IMG/VR virus record: IMGVR_UViG_3300010052_000059 | Span: 1-52,510 of that record | Length of the DNA stretch: 52,510 bases | Direction: 5' to 3' (one strand) | Source of the DNA: a virus | Taxonomy: Duplodnaviria; Caudoviricetes | In this document: positions 1 through 9,388 of the stretch, piece by piece | Layout: each line of letters begins with the position of its first letter | How positions within the stretch are numbered: the stretch's first letter is position 1 | Made by a program: the position numbers and the translations under genes | The notes under the pieces: model-generated | What the model was told of the DNA's origin: nothing | Seen by the model: only the letters and a program-made list of their open reading frames with translations | The model's database searches: none

Positions 1-26
1 AGTTCAGACGTGTGCTCTTCCGATCT
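1..26 (+). other. Illumina TruSeq adapter remnant (assembly artefact)
   Basis: AGTTCAGACGTGTGCTCTTCCGATCT is the 3' part of the TruSeq Read 2 primer/adapter sequence. Confidence 0.97.
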
Positions 27-473
27 GAAGCAGGAGCTGGCGTGCAGCTCATTCCGGATGGCGACATCGCTGGCGTGATCTGGACGACAGATCCGGACGA
101 GACCGGGATCGACATCTATCTCGGATCGGGCGGAGCGCCGGAAGGTGTGCTCGCGGCGGCGGCGCTGCGCTGCATCGGCGGCCAGATCCAAGGCCGGCTC
201 GTGCCCTCCAATGACGAAGAGGTCGCGCGCGCGCGGAAGATGGGCATCACCGACATCAAGAAGAAGTTCAAGCTCGAGGACATGGCGTCCTCGGACGTCA
301 TCTTCGCGGCGACGGGCGTGACGAGCGGTTCGCTCCTCGAAGGCGTGAAATTCCGCGGCGAGATGGCGGAGACCGAGACACTGATCATGCGCTCGAAGAC
401 GGGCACGGTGCGGCGGATCAAGAGCCGCTTCCGCGATGCTGGACAGCATCTCCTCGCCGACCACCGCGATTGA
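27..473 (+). CDS. glpX: Class II fructose-1,6-bisphosphatase, 5'-truncated
   Basis: Motifs LIPDGDIAG, GSGGAPEGVLAAAALRC, DVIFAATGVT are typical of GlpX. Confidence 0.93.
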   Translation, partial: EAGAGVQLIPDGDIAGVIWTTDPDETGIDIYLGSGGAPEGVLAAAALRCIGGQIQGRLVPSNDEEVARARKMGITDIKKKFKLEDMASSDVIFAATGVTSGSLLEGVKFRGEMAETETLIMRSKTGTVRRIKSRFRDAGQHLLADHRD

Positions 474-516
474 TCGCGGCCAGTTGCGCCGCGACCTCAT
501 TTCCAAGTCAGGATGG

Positions 517-544
517 GAAGCCCCGCTCAACGGCGGGGCTTTTC
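517..544. terminator. Probable bidirectional intrinsic terminator
   Basis: AAGCCCCGC-tcaacg-GCGGGGCTTTT hairpin between convergent genes. Confidence 0.75.
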
Positions 545-545
545 G

Positions 546-674
546 CTATTTCGCTTCGAGCTTGAAGCCGGGCACGTCGATGCGAACCTGCGTCTGCTGG
601 CTGTCGTAATAGAGGTAGCCGAGCACGCCGACTGCGGCCAGCAACAGGATGATGAGAAGCGTCTTGGCGTCCAT
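546..674 (-). CDS. Small single-pass membrane protein (42 aa)
   Basis: MDAKTLLIILLLAAVGVLGYLYY...; purine-rich RBS upstream. Confidence 0.7.
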   Translation of the reverse strand: MDAKTLLIILLLAAVGVLGYLYYDSQQTQVRIDVPGFKLEAK

Positions 675-825
675 GGTGCTCTCTTTCTGTGTCTGCCCTG
701 CACCTCTGCCATAGGCGAGGGGGCCGAACAAGGGTCGCGCTTGTGGACGGCTCTGACAGGGGCCTTCGCCCGGCCGGTTCAGCATGGGACTGTGCAACCT
801 GAGCGAATCGGGCGAGGGGACTGGT

Positions 826-2676
826 ATGACCGCGGTCAGGAAAGCGCGCATTGACGTGCAAACGGGAGAGACGGCGTTTCTCGGCGTCACGCATTCGGCC
901 CGCGGGTTCCGCTGGGAGGAGACGCTCGAAGCGCCCCAGCTCAATGAAGCCCTCGCCATCAGCCAGCAACATGGGCTGCCGGAGTTGCTGGGCCGTGTGC
1001 TCGCGGCGCGCGGTGTCACGCTCGACGAAGTGCCCGTCTTTCTCGATCCCACGATCCGCGCGTTGATGCCGGATCCCTCGACGCTGACGGATATGGACAA
1101 GGCGGCGAAGCGGATCGCTGATGCCATCGCGCGGCGAGAGCCTACGGCGATCTTCGGCGATTATGACGTCGACGGCGCGTGCTCGTCGGCGCTCATGGCG
1201 CGGTTTCTCGGCCATCATGGTGTGCGCACCCGAATCTATATTCCGGATCGCTTGACCGAAGGCTACGGACCCAACGCAGCCGCCATCGATCAGCTGATCG
1301 GCGAAGGCGCGAAGCTCATCATCACAGTGGACTGCGGCACCACCAGCACGGAGCCGCTTTCTGTCGCGGCCAAGCGCGGCGTCGATGTCGTCGTCATCGA
1401 TCACCATCAGGCAGACGAAACGCTTCCGCCCGTGCATGCGCTCGTCAATCCGAACCGTCTCGACGACATCTCCGGTCAAGGGCATCTGTGCGCTGCCGGT
1501 GTGGTGTTCCTCGTGCTCGTGGCGACGGTGCGCGAGCTGCGGCAGCGGGGCTTCTATTCGAAGGACTGCTCCGAGCCGTCGCTTATTCACGACCTCGATC
1601 TCGTGGCGCTCGCGACGGTCGCGGACGTGGTGCCCCTCAAGGGGCTCAATCGCGCGTACGTGACCAAGGGGCTTCAGGTCATGCACGGGCGCGAGAATGT
1701 CGGTTTGCGCGCGCTTGCGGATGCCGCGAGCCTCAACGAAGCGCCGACGGCTTATCATCTCGGATTCATCCTCGGGCCACGCATCAATGCGGGAGGTCGT
1801 ATCGGGGACGCGGCGCTGGGCGCGAAGCTGCTCTCCACCGACGACGAAACGGAATCCGCGCGGATCGCGGTGCTGCTCGACCGGCTCAACAAAGAGCGGA
1901 AGGAGATCGAGCAGGCGGCGCTCGAGGAAGCGACCGCGATGGCGGACCGCATGTTCGAAGAGACGCCGGACATTGGGGTGCTGCTGGTCGGGTCCGCGGA
2001 TTGGCATCGTGGCGTCGTCGGCCTGATCGCGAGCCGTCTGACGGAACGCTTCAAGCGGCCCTCGTGCGTCATCGCGTGGGACAAGGAGGCGATTGGCGGC
2101 GTCGTTGCGGGAACGGGATCGCTGCGGTCCGTTTCGGGAATCGACATCGGTGCGGCGGTGCGTCAGGCCGTGGCTGCGGGCCACCTGCTCAAGGGCGGCG
2201 GACACGCGATGGCAGCGGGGTTGACCGTCGACAAAGCGAAGCTCGACGATCTTTCGCGTTTCTTCGCGACGACGCTCGCAGGGGCTGCGGCGCGTCTCGC
2301 GGAACGCGCGTCGCTCCCCATAGATGGCGCGCTGACGCCGACGGCCGCTAACGAAAGCCTCATCACTCTTCTGGAGCGGGCCGGGCCTTACGGGCAGGGC
2401 AATCCGCAGCCGCGGTTCGCGTTTCCGGCGCATCGGGTGAAGTTCGCGAAGCCCGTGGGTTCGGCGCACATCCGGTGCGTGCTGGAGGCCGGTGACGGCT
2501 CCCGGCTGGATGCCGTCGCCTTCCGCGCTGCCGGCCAGCCGCTCGGTGACCTGCTGATGGGCGCCTCGAACGGGATGCCGATCCATGTCGCGGGCAAGCT
2601 CAAGCGGGACACCTGGGGCGGACGGGACCGGATCGAGCTTCAGATCGACGATGCGGCCGATCCGCGCCAGCAGTAA
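826..2676 (+). CDS. recJ: ssDNA-specific exonuclease RecJ
   Basis: GDYDVDG, TVDCG, DHH, GPRINAGGR, GGGHAMAAG motifs; alternative start at 784. Confidence 0.97.
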   Translation: MTAVRKARIDVQTGETAFLGVTHSARGFRWEETLEAPQLNEALAISQQHGLPELLGRVLAARGVTLDEVPVFLDPTIRALMPDPSTLTDMDKAAKRIADAIARREPTAIFGDYDVDGACSSALMARFLGHHGVRTRIYIPDRLTEGYGPNAAAIDQLIGEGAKLIITVDCGTTSTEPLSVAAKRGVDVVVIDHHQADETLPPVHALVNPNRLDDISGQGHLCAAGVVFLVLVATVRELRQRGFYSKDCSEPSLIHDLDLVALATVADVVPLKGLNRAYVTKGLQVMHGRENVGLRALADAASLNEAPTAYHLGFILGPRINAGGRIGDAALGAKLLSTDDETESARIAVLLDRLNKERKEIEQAALEEATAMADRMFEETPDIGVLLVGSADWHRGVVGLIASRLTERFKRPSCVIAWDKEAIGGVVAGTGSLRSVSGIDIGAAVRQAVAAGHLLKGGGHAMAAGLTVDKAKLDDLSRFFATTLAGAAARLAERASLPIDGALTPTAANESLITLLERAGPYGQGNPQPRFAFPAHRVKFAKPVGSAHIRCVLEAGDGSRLDAVAFRAAGQPLGDLLMGASNGMPIHVAGKLKRDTWGGRDRIELQIDDAADPRQQ

Positions 2677-2730
2677 ATCCAGCCGGGATCGGCATAATTG
2701 CCGCGCCCCGGACAGTTTTTCCAAGTGCGC

Positions 2731-2759
2731 TTGCGTCCGGCGAGAAACCTTTCTATACC
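2731..2759 (+). promoter_or_regulatory. Sigma70-like promoter of tRNA-Glu
   Basis: TTGCGT-N17-TATACC followed by a GC-rich stretch. Confidence 0.6.
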
Positions 2760-2799
2760 ACGCGCTTGCCGTCGCCGGGGCCTCCCCCGCCGCGCACGC

Positions 2800-2874
2800 G
2801 GTCCCTTCGTCTATCGGTTAGGACGTCAGATTTTCAATCTGAAAAGACGGGTTCGACTCCCGTAGGGACCGCCA
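2800..2874 (+). tRNA. tRNA-Glu(TTC); probable prophage integration site (attL side)
   Basis: Acceptor GGTCCCT/AGGGACC, anticodon arm TCAGA-TTTTCAA-TCTGA, T-loop TTCGACT, G-CCA end; integrase stop is 22 nt downstream. Confidence 0.97.
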
Positions 2875-2896
2875 TGAAATTGCTGGGAAATTTCGT

Positions 2897-4123
2897 TCAC
2901 GTTTCGTCATTCCCACTTTTCCGTCTGACGGCTATTCCCACTTTTTTACCGCTTTCGTTCTCGATCAGCGTTCGGCGTTTGCGTGCTGCTGAGCTCCGCT
3001 GGGCTTCGGTGCGCTTCACATAAAGGCGCGCCGCGTTCGGTGTCTTGTGCATGGACGCTGCCATCGTCTCGGCCTCTGTCGCCCCCGAGTCGCCGAGTTC
3101 CGTCATGCCGCCATGTCGGCAGGCATCGAGCGTGACGTAGACGGGCAACTTTGCAAGCTTGCGCGCGAGCCGAACCTTGCGCTCGGCGTATTCGTTGGAG
3201 TATGGCCGGGAAGGACCGCGCTTGCCCGTGGTGAGGACCATCGGCAACCCAAGCCGGGGAACATTCTTCAGATAGTCTTCCAGTTCAGGGAAAAGGCGGC
3301 CTGCATCGTCTCCGAGCGGTTGCCAGCCCTTCTCGCCGGTTTTCGGATGGCGAATGAAAACGGCATCCTTACGCTCCGGTGGTCTGTAGTCCGCCCATGT
3401 GATATCGCCGCCAAGAACATGCTCCGGTCGCTGATGCCACTCGAAGCAGATGAGGGCTGCCGCGCCGAGCGATACCTCGCCGATCTCCTTCAATTTTTCA
3501 GCGAGGGCATAGGCGTGGCTCCGGGTAGCCGCTGGCTTCGCGGTTTTGGTCAGATCTCTCTCGACACCGGACCAAGGATTTTCGATCGGCACGACGTCGG
3601 GATGCTTGCGCCGCATGACTTTCCACACCCTTCGGGCAACGTCGACCGATAGGTTGGCCTGACGGCGGCGATGACCGCGCGGTCCGGTCTGCAGCTTGCT
3701 GTAGATCTTGTCGGCTGCTGCTGGGGTGATCGATGACACCGGAAGCGCGCCGACTGTCGTTCCGGTTGTTGTCGGGGTATCTTCGATACGCGCGAGTGCC
3801 CGCTTGTATTCGTAGCGGGAGCGCTGGGACACGCGTTTTAGAAACGCGTCGCTCTTGAGGTAGCTGGCGAACAGCCATTTCACCGTGCCGAAGTTAGGCT
3901 GCGCCTCGGGAATGACAACACCGTTGCGCCCCGTGCGCCAGGCATCCAGGTGCTTGTTGAGGAGGGCTGCGCGCGTTACCGCTTCGCCGTAGTCTCGTCC
4001 GAGGGGCTCTGGGCGGACAGGACATCCCGCTGCGAGATCGCGATCGTGCGGCGTCCAATAGTAGGCCATGCCGCTTGACGTGCGTTTCTCTTTCATGTAG
4101 CGCGGCCAGGACGCTGGTTTCAC
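2897..4123 (-). CDS. int: Tyrosine recombinase / phage integrase
   Basis: Catalytic-type residues QRPEH (R), HPKT (K), DACRHGG (R), SMHKT (H), RLYV (Y); GTG start overlaps the xis stop. Confidence 0.92.
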   Translation of the reverse strand: MKPASWPRYMKEKRTSSGMAYYWTPHDRDLAAGCPVRPEPLGRDYGEAVTRAALLNKHLDAWRTGRNGVVIPEAQPNFGTVKWLFASYLKSDAFLKRVSQRSRYEYKRALARIEDTPTTTGTTVGALPVSSITPAAADKIYSKLQTGPRGHRRRQANLSVDVARRVWKVMRRKHPDVVPIENPWSGVERDLTKTAKPAATRSHAYALAEKLKEIGEVSLGAAALICFEWHQRPEHVLGGDITWADYRPPERKDAVFIRHPKTGEKGWQPLGDDAGRLFPELEDYLKNVPRLGLPMVLTTGKRGPSRPYSNEYAERKVRLARKLAKLPVYVTLDACRHGGMTELGDSGATEAETMAASMHKTPNAARLYVKRTEAQRSSAARKRRTLIENESGKKVGIAVRRKSGNDET

Positions 4124-4359
4124 AACACGGCGCTCGCGTCTTTGAGGTATGTCGTCCGGCCGCTCATCGCTTCGATCGCCCTGTCCAGATCCTCCCTCAG
4201 CCATCTCTCCCCCTTGCCCTTCACGTCCAGCGGGCGAGGATACAACTGTGGAATGGCGCGACGGAAGGCCTCAACTGACACTTCGTCGACATAAGCTGCA
4301 GCCGTCTCGGCCCGCATCAACCGGGGCCATTGGCCGGGATTGTGCGCGGGACGGACCAT
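4120..4359 (-). CDS. Excisionase-like HTH protein
   Basis: WPRLMRAETAAAYVD...RWLREDLDRAI; directly upstream of int. Confidence 0.8.
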   Translation of the reverse strand: MVRPAHNPGQWPRLMRAETAAAYVDEVSVEAFRRAIPQLYPRPLDVKGKGERWLREDLDRAIEAMSGRTTYLKDASAVL

Positions 4360-5339
4360 CAGGCGGGCACCTCCGCGCTGGGTGCCGGCTCAGGGTGGAG
4401 AACGGAGCGGGCTCGCTTAGTGGCCTTCCGCAATTCGCCGAACGTGACCGTGATGCAGCTTTCGCAATCATCCGGTGCATCGTAGGGGTCGAACTTCCTT
4501 TCGCGATCAGCTTTCAGATCCTCAAGCGCACGGTCTGCAAGGTCTTCAATGAGGTCGCGGGTTTCGGCCAGCGCCTCCCTTGCCTGATCCCGCTCTCTGT
4601 GGACTTTGCTGTACTCGTTCGTGCGAGTGACGATCTCGCGCGTTTTGACTGCGTCCACTTCATAAGCGCGCTCTAGGTCGGCCTTGAGCTGATCCCGCTC
4701 TCGGGTAAGGGTGGAAAGGTCGGGGAGGGGCGCAGGCTCGGTTACGCTGCGTTTGGCTGCATCAAGCTCCGCGCAACGTCGAGTGGCGATCTCAACGTCT
4801 TTCGCGAGCCCAGTTGGAGGTTGCCGCTCAATCCCAAGCTCACGCTCAGCGACAAGCTTCGCGCCACGCAAGCCTGCTGATTCAAACGGCGGCAATGCAG
4901 AGACAGTTGGAGGTTGCGGAGCGGCGGAACGAGCGCCCTTCCAAAACGCCTTGAAAGCATCGAGAAAGTTGAAATCTCGGTCGTCGACCGTCATTGCAAT
5001 GCCAATCGGCCCGCCACATTCCACAACGCGCCGCTTGCCGTAATGCGCTGATGCAGCCGCCGACATCATTTCGGCAGTTGGCTTGATTGGTGCCAGCCAG
5101 AACCCCTCCGGCACTCCCGTGTCACGCTCTCGGGATACGGCGCGAGTGTTCCACGCCGCAACGAGCGAAGGTCGCGGATCTACTTCGCGAACGGACACAA
5201 ACGGGTGCTGCACGCCGCAGCTCATGCACACGACACGCCAATGGTGGCTGTGCTCTTCCTGGTAGTTCGCTTCACCACCGCAGAACGGGCAAGGAAGCAG
5301 CCGTTCCACTACCTCTGCTACAGGGTTAGGCATGGTCAC
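4359..5339 (-). CDS. Phage protein with N-terminal Lar-like zinc ribbon and coiled coil
   Basis: LLPCPFCGGEA...VVCMSCG...AAWNTR pattern. Confidence 0.7.
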   Translation of the reverse strand: MTMPNPVAEVVERLLPCPFCGGEANYQEEHSHHWRVVCMSCGVQHPFVSVREVDPRPSLVAAWNTRAVSRERDTGVPEGFWLAPIKPTAEMMSAAASAHYGKRRVVECGGPIGIAMTVDDRDFNFLDAFKAFWKGARSAAPQPPTVSALPPFESAGLRGAKLVAERELGIERQPPTGLAKDVEIATRRCAELDAAKRSVTEPAPLPDLSTLTRERDQLKADLERAYEVDAVKTREIVTRTNEYSKVHRERDQAREALAETRDLIEDLADRALEDLKADRERKFDPYDAPDDCESCITVTFGELRKATKRARSVLHPEPAPSAEVPA

Positions 5340-5623
5340 CACAAATCCTCCGAGAAAAGCTCGCGGGAATGCTGAGAGTGCGTAATCTGGCTCGCCCAGA
5401 ACGCCCTCTGACGCGCTTGAAACCGGGTGTAGAATTGGCCGTCGCTTCCCAGAAAGCCTTGCTCGAACTCGTTTGGGTTCATCCCAGCGAGGTTGATCTC
5501 CGAGCACAGGTGGTGATGACGGGCGGGCGCGGGCTTGGTCACAACAAGATCGTTGCGCTTCATTGCTACGGCTACGATCCGAGGTCCGTCGCGCAGTGCA
5601 GGCTTATCAGTGGGCATGGTCAC
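5336..5623 (-). CDS. Hypothetical phage protein
   Basis: PARHH, EQGF, LFSEDLW motifs; coupled to neighbours. Confidence 0.7.
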   Translation of the reverse strand: MTMPTDKPALRDGPRIVAVAMKRNDLVVTKPAPARHHHLCSEINLAGMNPNEFEQGFLGSDGQFYTRFQARQRAFWASQITHSQHSRELFSEDLW

Positions 5624-5997
5624 TCGGGCTCCCTCGGCATTATTGAAAGGTCGATGTTCTTGAAGTAGCCGTCGATCTGGATTGTCACTGCGACGCGGCC
5701 GAGCGGCTTCTGCTCGACGGGGCCGATCTGGCGAGCATTCAGCGCTTCGCAGAGCGCCGATATCAGCGCGGCGGGAAGTGCGGCTTGCTCAACCCAAGGC
5801 GCGGCGATCAGATCGCAATCGCGCTTCATTGAGCCGTGCAGTCCGATGGCGTACCCCTGATCGCGCGCGACCTCCCAAATGATGTCGAACGGCGGCAAGC
5901 GCGGGTCTTCCCAACCTTCGCAAGGATCGGGGTGCTGCGGCGGGGCAATGAAGTTCGGCCAAACGCCCGGCTCGATCACCTGACCGTCAGTTGCCAT
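5620..5997 (-). CDS. Putative minimal nucleotidyltransferase-fold protein
   Basis: GYAIGLHGSMKRDCDLIA resembles the GS...DxD motif. Confidence 0.5.
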   Translation of the reverse strand: MATDGQVIEPGVWPNFIAPPQHPDPCEGWEDPRLPPFDIIWEVARDQGYAIGLHGSMKRDCDLIAAPWVEQAALPAALISALCEALNARQIGPVEQKPLGRVAVTIQIDGYFKNIDLSIMPREPE

Positions 5998-6814
5998 GGG
6001 TGTCTCCTGAGGTCGGGCGGTCAGCGTCGAGGAAGCAGCCGCAGCCGCCGAACTCGTCGAGTTGAAGTTCCGATTGGCGCTCGCGGCCTTGCTCGACGAT
6101 CTCGCGGAAGGTCGCCATTGAGAGCGGGCGGCGTGGGCCTTCACCGCGTCTGTCGACCATCACGGACACGTCGCCCAACTCGGCGCGAAGGCGCGTTTCG
6201 TTGGCTTCGTGGAACTGGTACCGCTCCGGCATTGCGCGCAGCAGATGTCGGAAATGACCATGACCGGCGCGGACGCAGAAGCCGCCGCAGTTGTTATGCG
6301 AGAAGCCAAGAGCGTACAGCCTGGGCGGGGTGATGCCCTCGGCCTTCATCCAATCGAAGACGGCGTTTTTCCAAAGGTACGGCTTCTCACACATCGGCGC
6401 TTCGACGCCGTACCCCATGGCGCCGTATCGCTCCGTGAGGGCCGGTAGGCGATGGGGCTCAGTCCAATCGATGCCGAAGACGAGTGTTGCGCCGGGTGCG
6501 TTCTCGGCAAGCCAGCGCTGACCCAGCTCCCGTTTCAGAATGCGAGAGCAAATGTCGGCGCGGTCATTGCCGATCATCCCTTCGTCTTCGAAGACCTGCC
6601 AGGGTGTGCGACCGTCTTTGAGGCGGATCAGGGCAACGCCAAGCTGGCGCTCCGTGTCGTCGAGGAAGCGATAAAGGTCCTCGTCTTCCATCGAAGTGTC
6701 AGTGAACAGCAAGCGCACGTTGTCGCGCCCGTGCCGCTCGATCGTCCGCATGGCTGCCGCCCAAGAAAGAGCGCCGCCCGAGTACATGACGATGCGTTGC
6801 ACGCCCATGCTCAC
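5987..6814 (-). CDS. PAPS-reductase-like / PP-loop adenine nucleotide alpha-hydrolase
   Basis: YSGG, LFTDT, HNNCGGFCVRAG, GGCGC. Confidence 0.72.
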   Translation of the reverse strand: MSMGVQRIVMYSGGALSWAAAMRTIERHGRDNVRLLFTDTSMEDEDLYRFLDDTERQLGVALIRLKDGRTPWQVFEDEGMIGNDRADICSRILKRELGQRWLAENAPGATLVFGIDWTEPHRLPALTERYGAMGYGVEAPMCEKPYLWKNAVFDWMKAEGITPPRLYALGFSHNNCGGFCVRAGHGHFRHLLRAMPERYQFHEANETRLRAELGDVSVMVDRRGEGPRRPLSMATFREIVEQGRERQSELQLDEFGGCGCFLDADRPTSGDTHGN

Positions 6815-7212
6815 GCCCCTCCGCTCTTAGACGAGCCGTCCTTAGGAGCGGGACTGGGGAGGTCGGCTTTGAGCTTCGCAACTTCGGCGGGGTTCCCGTC
6901 GCGCCACCGTTGCCAGGACTCATCGGTGAGCTTGTGGTTGATCCACTCCGTCACGTCGGGCGTCGGCTGGAAGGGCTGCGCATTTGCTGCGCAACGCGCG
7001 CATACCTGACGTTCGTAACCCTCTGCGTAATCGCGATGGTTGGAGCAAAAGAACAGCCCGCAACCCTCTTCGCCGCCGTAGGGCATGCCTCCACAAACGT
7101 AGGAAAGGCCGCGGTCGATCTCGGCATCGCAGCCGGGATGATCACACTTCGCAGGCACGCCGTAGCCAATGTCCCGCTGCCATTTTTCATCGAAACCGAC
7201 AGCCCAGCTCAC
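6811..7212 (-). CDS. Cys-rich hypothetical phage protein
   Basis: RDIGYGVPAKCDHPGC, GCGLFFC; overlapping start/stop coupling. Confidence 0.75.
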   Translation of the reverse strand: MSWAVGFDEKWQRDIGYGVPAKCDHPGCDAEIDRGLSYVCGGMPYGGEEGCGLFFCSNHRDYAEGYERQVCARCAANAQPFQPTPDVTEWINHKLTDESWQRWRDGNPAEVAKLKADLPSPAPKDGSSKSGGA

Positions 7213-7829
7213 GCCTCACCTCCCACATCTGCCTTCGGAGCGGAGGGGCGGTCTTCGTCAGGCTTGATCAAAGATGCGACCCAATCGCGCATCCTTTGCC
7301 AGCGCTCTTCGGGCGTAAGGACGCGGCTGTAACCGTCCACCCAGCCGTCTGGGGTATTCTTCCCGTTCACCCACTCGCGATAGAATGCCTCGTCGTTGTG
7401 GTAGACGATCTCGCGCGCGATTTTATCGTTGACGCCGAAGCTGTCAGCGACGGTCTCTATGTCCTCAGGATCGAGGTTGCTCATATCGATGCCGCGGCGC
7501 CGCCCGAGTGCACCGAGCGCGCAAACATCGCCCATTGCCGCGACCGTGCCATCCGTCGCGCATAGTTCGTCAGCGCCAACGATCACCTGCGGGTATGTTG
7601 CGCCGCCCCAGTGATCGCCGATGTAGGAGCTTTGGTCCCCGTCGATCACCAACTGCTCGCGGATCAGCCGCTTCTCCGGCATCGCGTCGAGAGCGGCGAG
7701 CAGATCCTTGAGAAAGGCCTGTCCCTTTTTTCCACGGATGGCGGACTTCAGCGCGCCGTTGTAGCGGATGCTCGCCCACTGTGCGCTTTCATCATCCCAG
7801 CCGTCGTCGGTGTATCCTGACCGGCTCAT
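7209..7829 (-). CDS. Hypothetical phage protein
   Basis: MSRSGYTDD...VCALGALG...TPEERWQRMR; coupled. Confidence 0.75.
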   Translation of the reverse strand: MSRSGYTDDGWDDESAQWASIRYNGALKSAIRGKKGQAFLKDLLAALDAMPEKRLIREQLVIDGDQSSYIGDHWGGATYPQVIVGADELCATDGTVAAMGDVCALGALGRRRGIDMSNLDPEDIETVADSFGVNDKIAREIVYHNDEAFYREWVNGKNTPDGWVDGYSRVLTPEERWQRMRDWVASLIKPDEDRPSAPKADVGGEA

Positions 7830-8284
7830 TCCACACCTTCCTTCTGCGAGATAAGGGCGCGGAGGAGGGCTGAGAGAACGGCGAGCGGAGCGCTTGCTTC
7901 GTGCTCAGCTATGCCAAGCGGCTCGTCGTGAGAAACGCCGCTCTCGTCATGGCCCACGAATTGTGCGCCGAAAAGCGGTTCGCCGACCCGCGCTCGCCCG
8001 GCGCACACGTACCAGTACGTGCCCGGCAACGCGTGCATGGCGAGTTCAATGGCGTCATCGAGCGATGCCGCAGGATCGGGTCTCGAATAGCCGTGCACCC
8101 ACGCCGACTGCTCGCCCGGCGGATACCAGCACGCCTCATCGGCGCAGTTGACGTAGCTCTGTCCGACGAGCGGCTTGAGTTCGTAGTTCGTGCGCCATCC
8201 GCAGGCGAGTAGGATCAGGTCGGATAGCTTCCGATCCGGCCCGCTGCACGCGTCCACTCTCTTCAGAAGATCTTCGAGGCTCAT
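7826..8284 (-). CDS. Hypothetical phage protein
   Basis: ATGA coupling both sides; SLDDAI and PLAVLSALLRA patterns. Confidence 0.65.
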   Translation of the reverse strand: MSLEDLLKRVDACSGPDRKLSDLILLACGWRTNYELKPLVGQSYVNCADEACWYPPGEQSAWVHGYSRPDPAASLDDAIELAMHALPGTYWYVCAGRARVGEPLFGAQFVGHDESGVSHDEPLGIAEHEASAPLAVLSALLRALISQKEGVE

Positions 8285-8721
8285 TCGGCTTCCTCGGTCT
8301 CGGGGTTCAGGGGATAGGATTCGGTTTCGGCGCTGGGAGCGTCGGCGCGCGCGGGCAGGCGCACTTCCGCGCCGGGAAACGCATCGCAAACGGCCTTCAC
8401 GGCGGGATTCGATTGAAGCTTTTCGAGTTCGGCCTTGTCGCGCGCGTGGCGCTGCTCGAATTCGGCTGCCGAACGATCCTGGTCGAGGCAATGCTGCAGC
8501 GTTGCGCGAACTTCGTCTTCGTAGCGGCCGAATAGCGTGAGCGTGTTGCGGATGGCGCGCATGAGCGCGATGCCGCGATCGGCCGCTTCGCGCGTCATCT
8601 TCCCGTCGCGGACGCGGGCGTTGTAGACCTTGTATCGCAGGTCGAGCTCGCGCTTGGCTTCCTCGGCCTGCTCGGCCAGGGGAAACCTTGCGCGGGTCGC
8701 ATCTGGCGGCGCGCCGGTCAT
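8281..8721 (-). CDS. Hypothetical phage protein
   Basis: REL..R..VY...V..GKMT; coupled. Confidence 0.65.
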   Translation of the reverse strand: MTGAPPDATRARFPLAEQAEEAKRELDLRYKVYNARVRDGKMTREAADRGIALMRAIRNTLTLFGRYEDEVRATLQHCLDQDRSAAEFEQRHARDKAELEKLQSNPAVKAVCDAFPGAEVRLPARADAPSAETESYPLNPETEEAE

Positions 8722-8930
8722 GGCAGGCTCGCGCGGTTGTCGATGTAGGCCGTTCCGAGCACTCTGCGCTGGGCGCGTTCCAAGTCGCGTCGCAGCAACG
8801 CGACGGCGACGGCGAGGTGCAAGATCCAAAGGCACGCCGTCACCAGCGCGAGGCACAGGAGGAAACCGAGCGGCATGTCCCAGATCCGCGCCAGTTGCTC
8901 GCTCGCGGGCAGCGCGTGCGCGGGTGTCAT
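8718..8930 (-). CDS. Small membrane protein
   Basis: Long hydrophobic segment; ATGA coupling. Confidence 0.55.
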   Translation of the reverse strand: MTPAHALPASEQLARIWDMPLGFLLCLALVTACLWILHLAVAVALLRRDLERAQRRVLGTAYIDNRASLP

Positions 8931-9244
8931 GCGAACGCCCTCTCGCGTTGAGGGGCTGCGCGGCGCGGATACGACACGTGTGCGCCGAGCCCGTAGTTGC
9001 GCTGCTCGGCGGCCGACATCGTGAGGCAGGGCTGGATCTGGCCGGTGAGGATCAGCTCGGCGCGCGTGCGCAGGTGCGACACCCGCTCGGGTCCGTACTT
9101 GGCGGTGAGCGCGTAGCCGATACGGTTCCAATCGACCGGCTGGCCGCGGCGCGTCTCGGAAAGCGCCTGCGCGTAGAACACGGCCAGATCGTTGGGCGCG
9201 GTGTCGCTTTTGATTTCAGTGAGCAGCGTTTCGGTGATGGTCAT
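8927..9244 (-). CDS. Hypothetical phage protein
   Basis: GGGGA RBS; ATGA coupling. Confidence 0.6.
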   Translation of the reverse strand: MTITETLLTEIKSDTAPNDLAVFYAQALSETRRGQPVDWNRIGYALTAKYGPERVSHLRTRAELILTGQIQPCLTMSAAEQRNYGLGAHVSYPRRAAPQRERAFA

Positions 9245-9388
9245 CAGAATTCCCCGCTTATGTTGTTTTGACCGGAGCCGGGACGCCTGGTCGTAGCCCC
9301 GCTCCCGACTCCGGTCTCGTGTCGCACCGCAGATCCCCGACCTGTGTGCGTCGCGCGCGGCACGCCCTCGCAAGCCGCGCGGATCTCG

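Noticed and set aside
12-26. Start of ORF 12..473 (MLFRS)
   Set aside because: Encoded by adapter sequence; glpX is simply truncated.
508-2724. 738-aa minus ORF and similar long antisense ORFs (32618-34267, 36090-37496, 40118-41521)
   Set aside because: Shadow frames of recJ, portal, protease and sheath, common in high-GC DNA; no recognisable motifs.
2850-2896. attR duplicate of the tRNA 3' end
   Set aside because: No second copy seen; the prophage continues past the window, so the att core cannot be defined.
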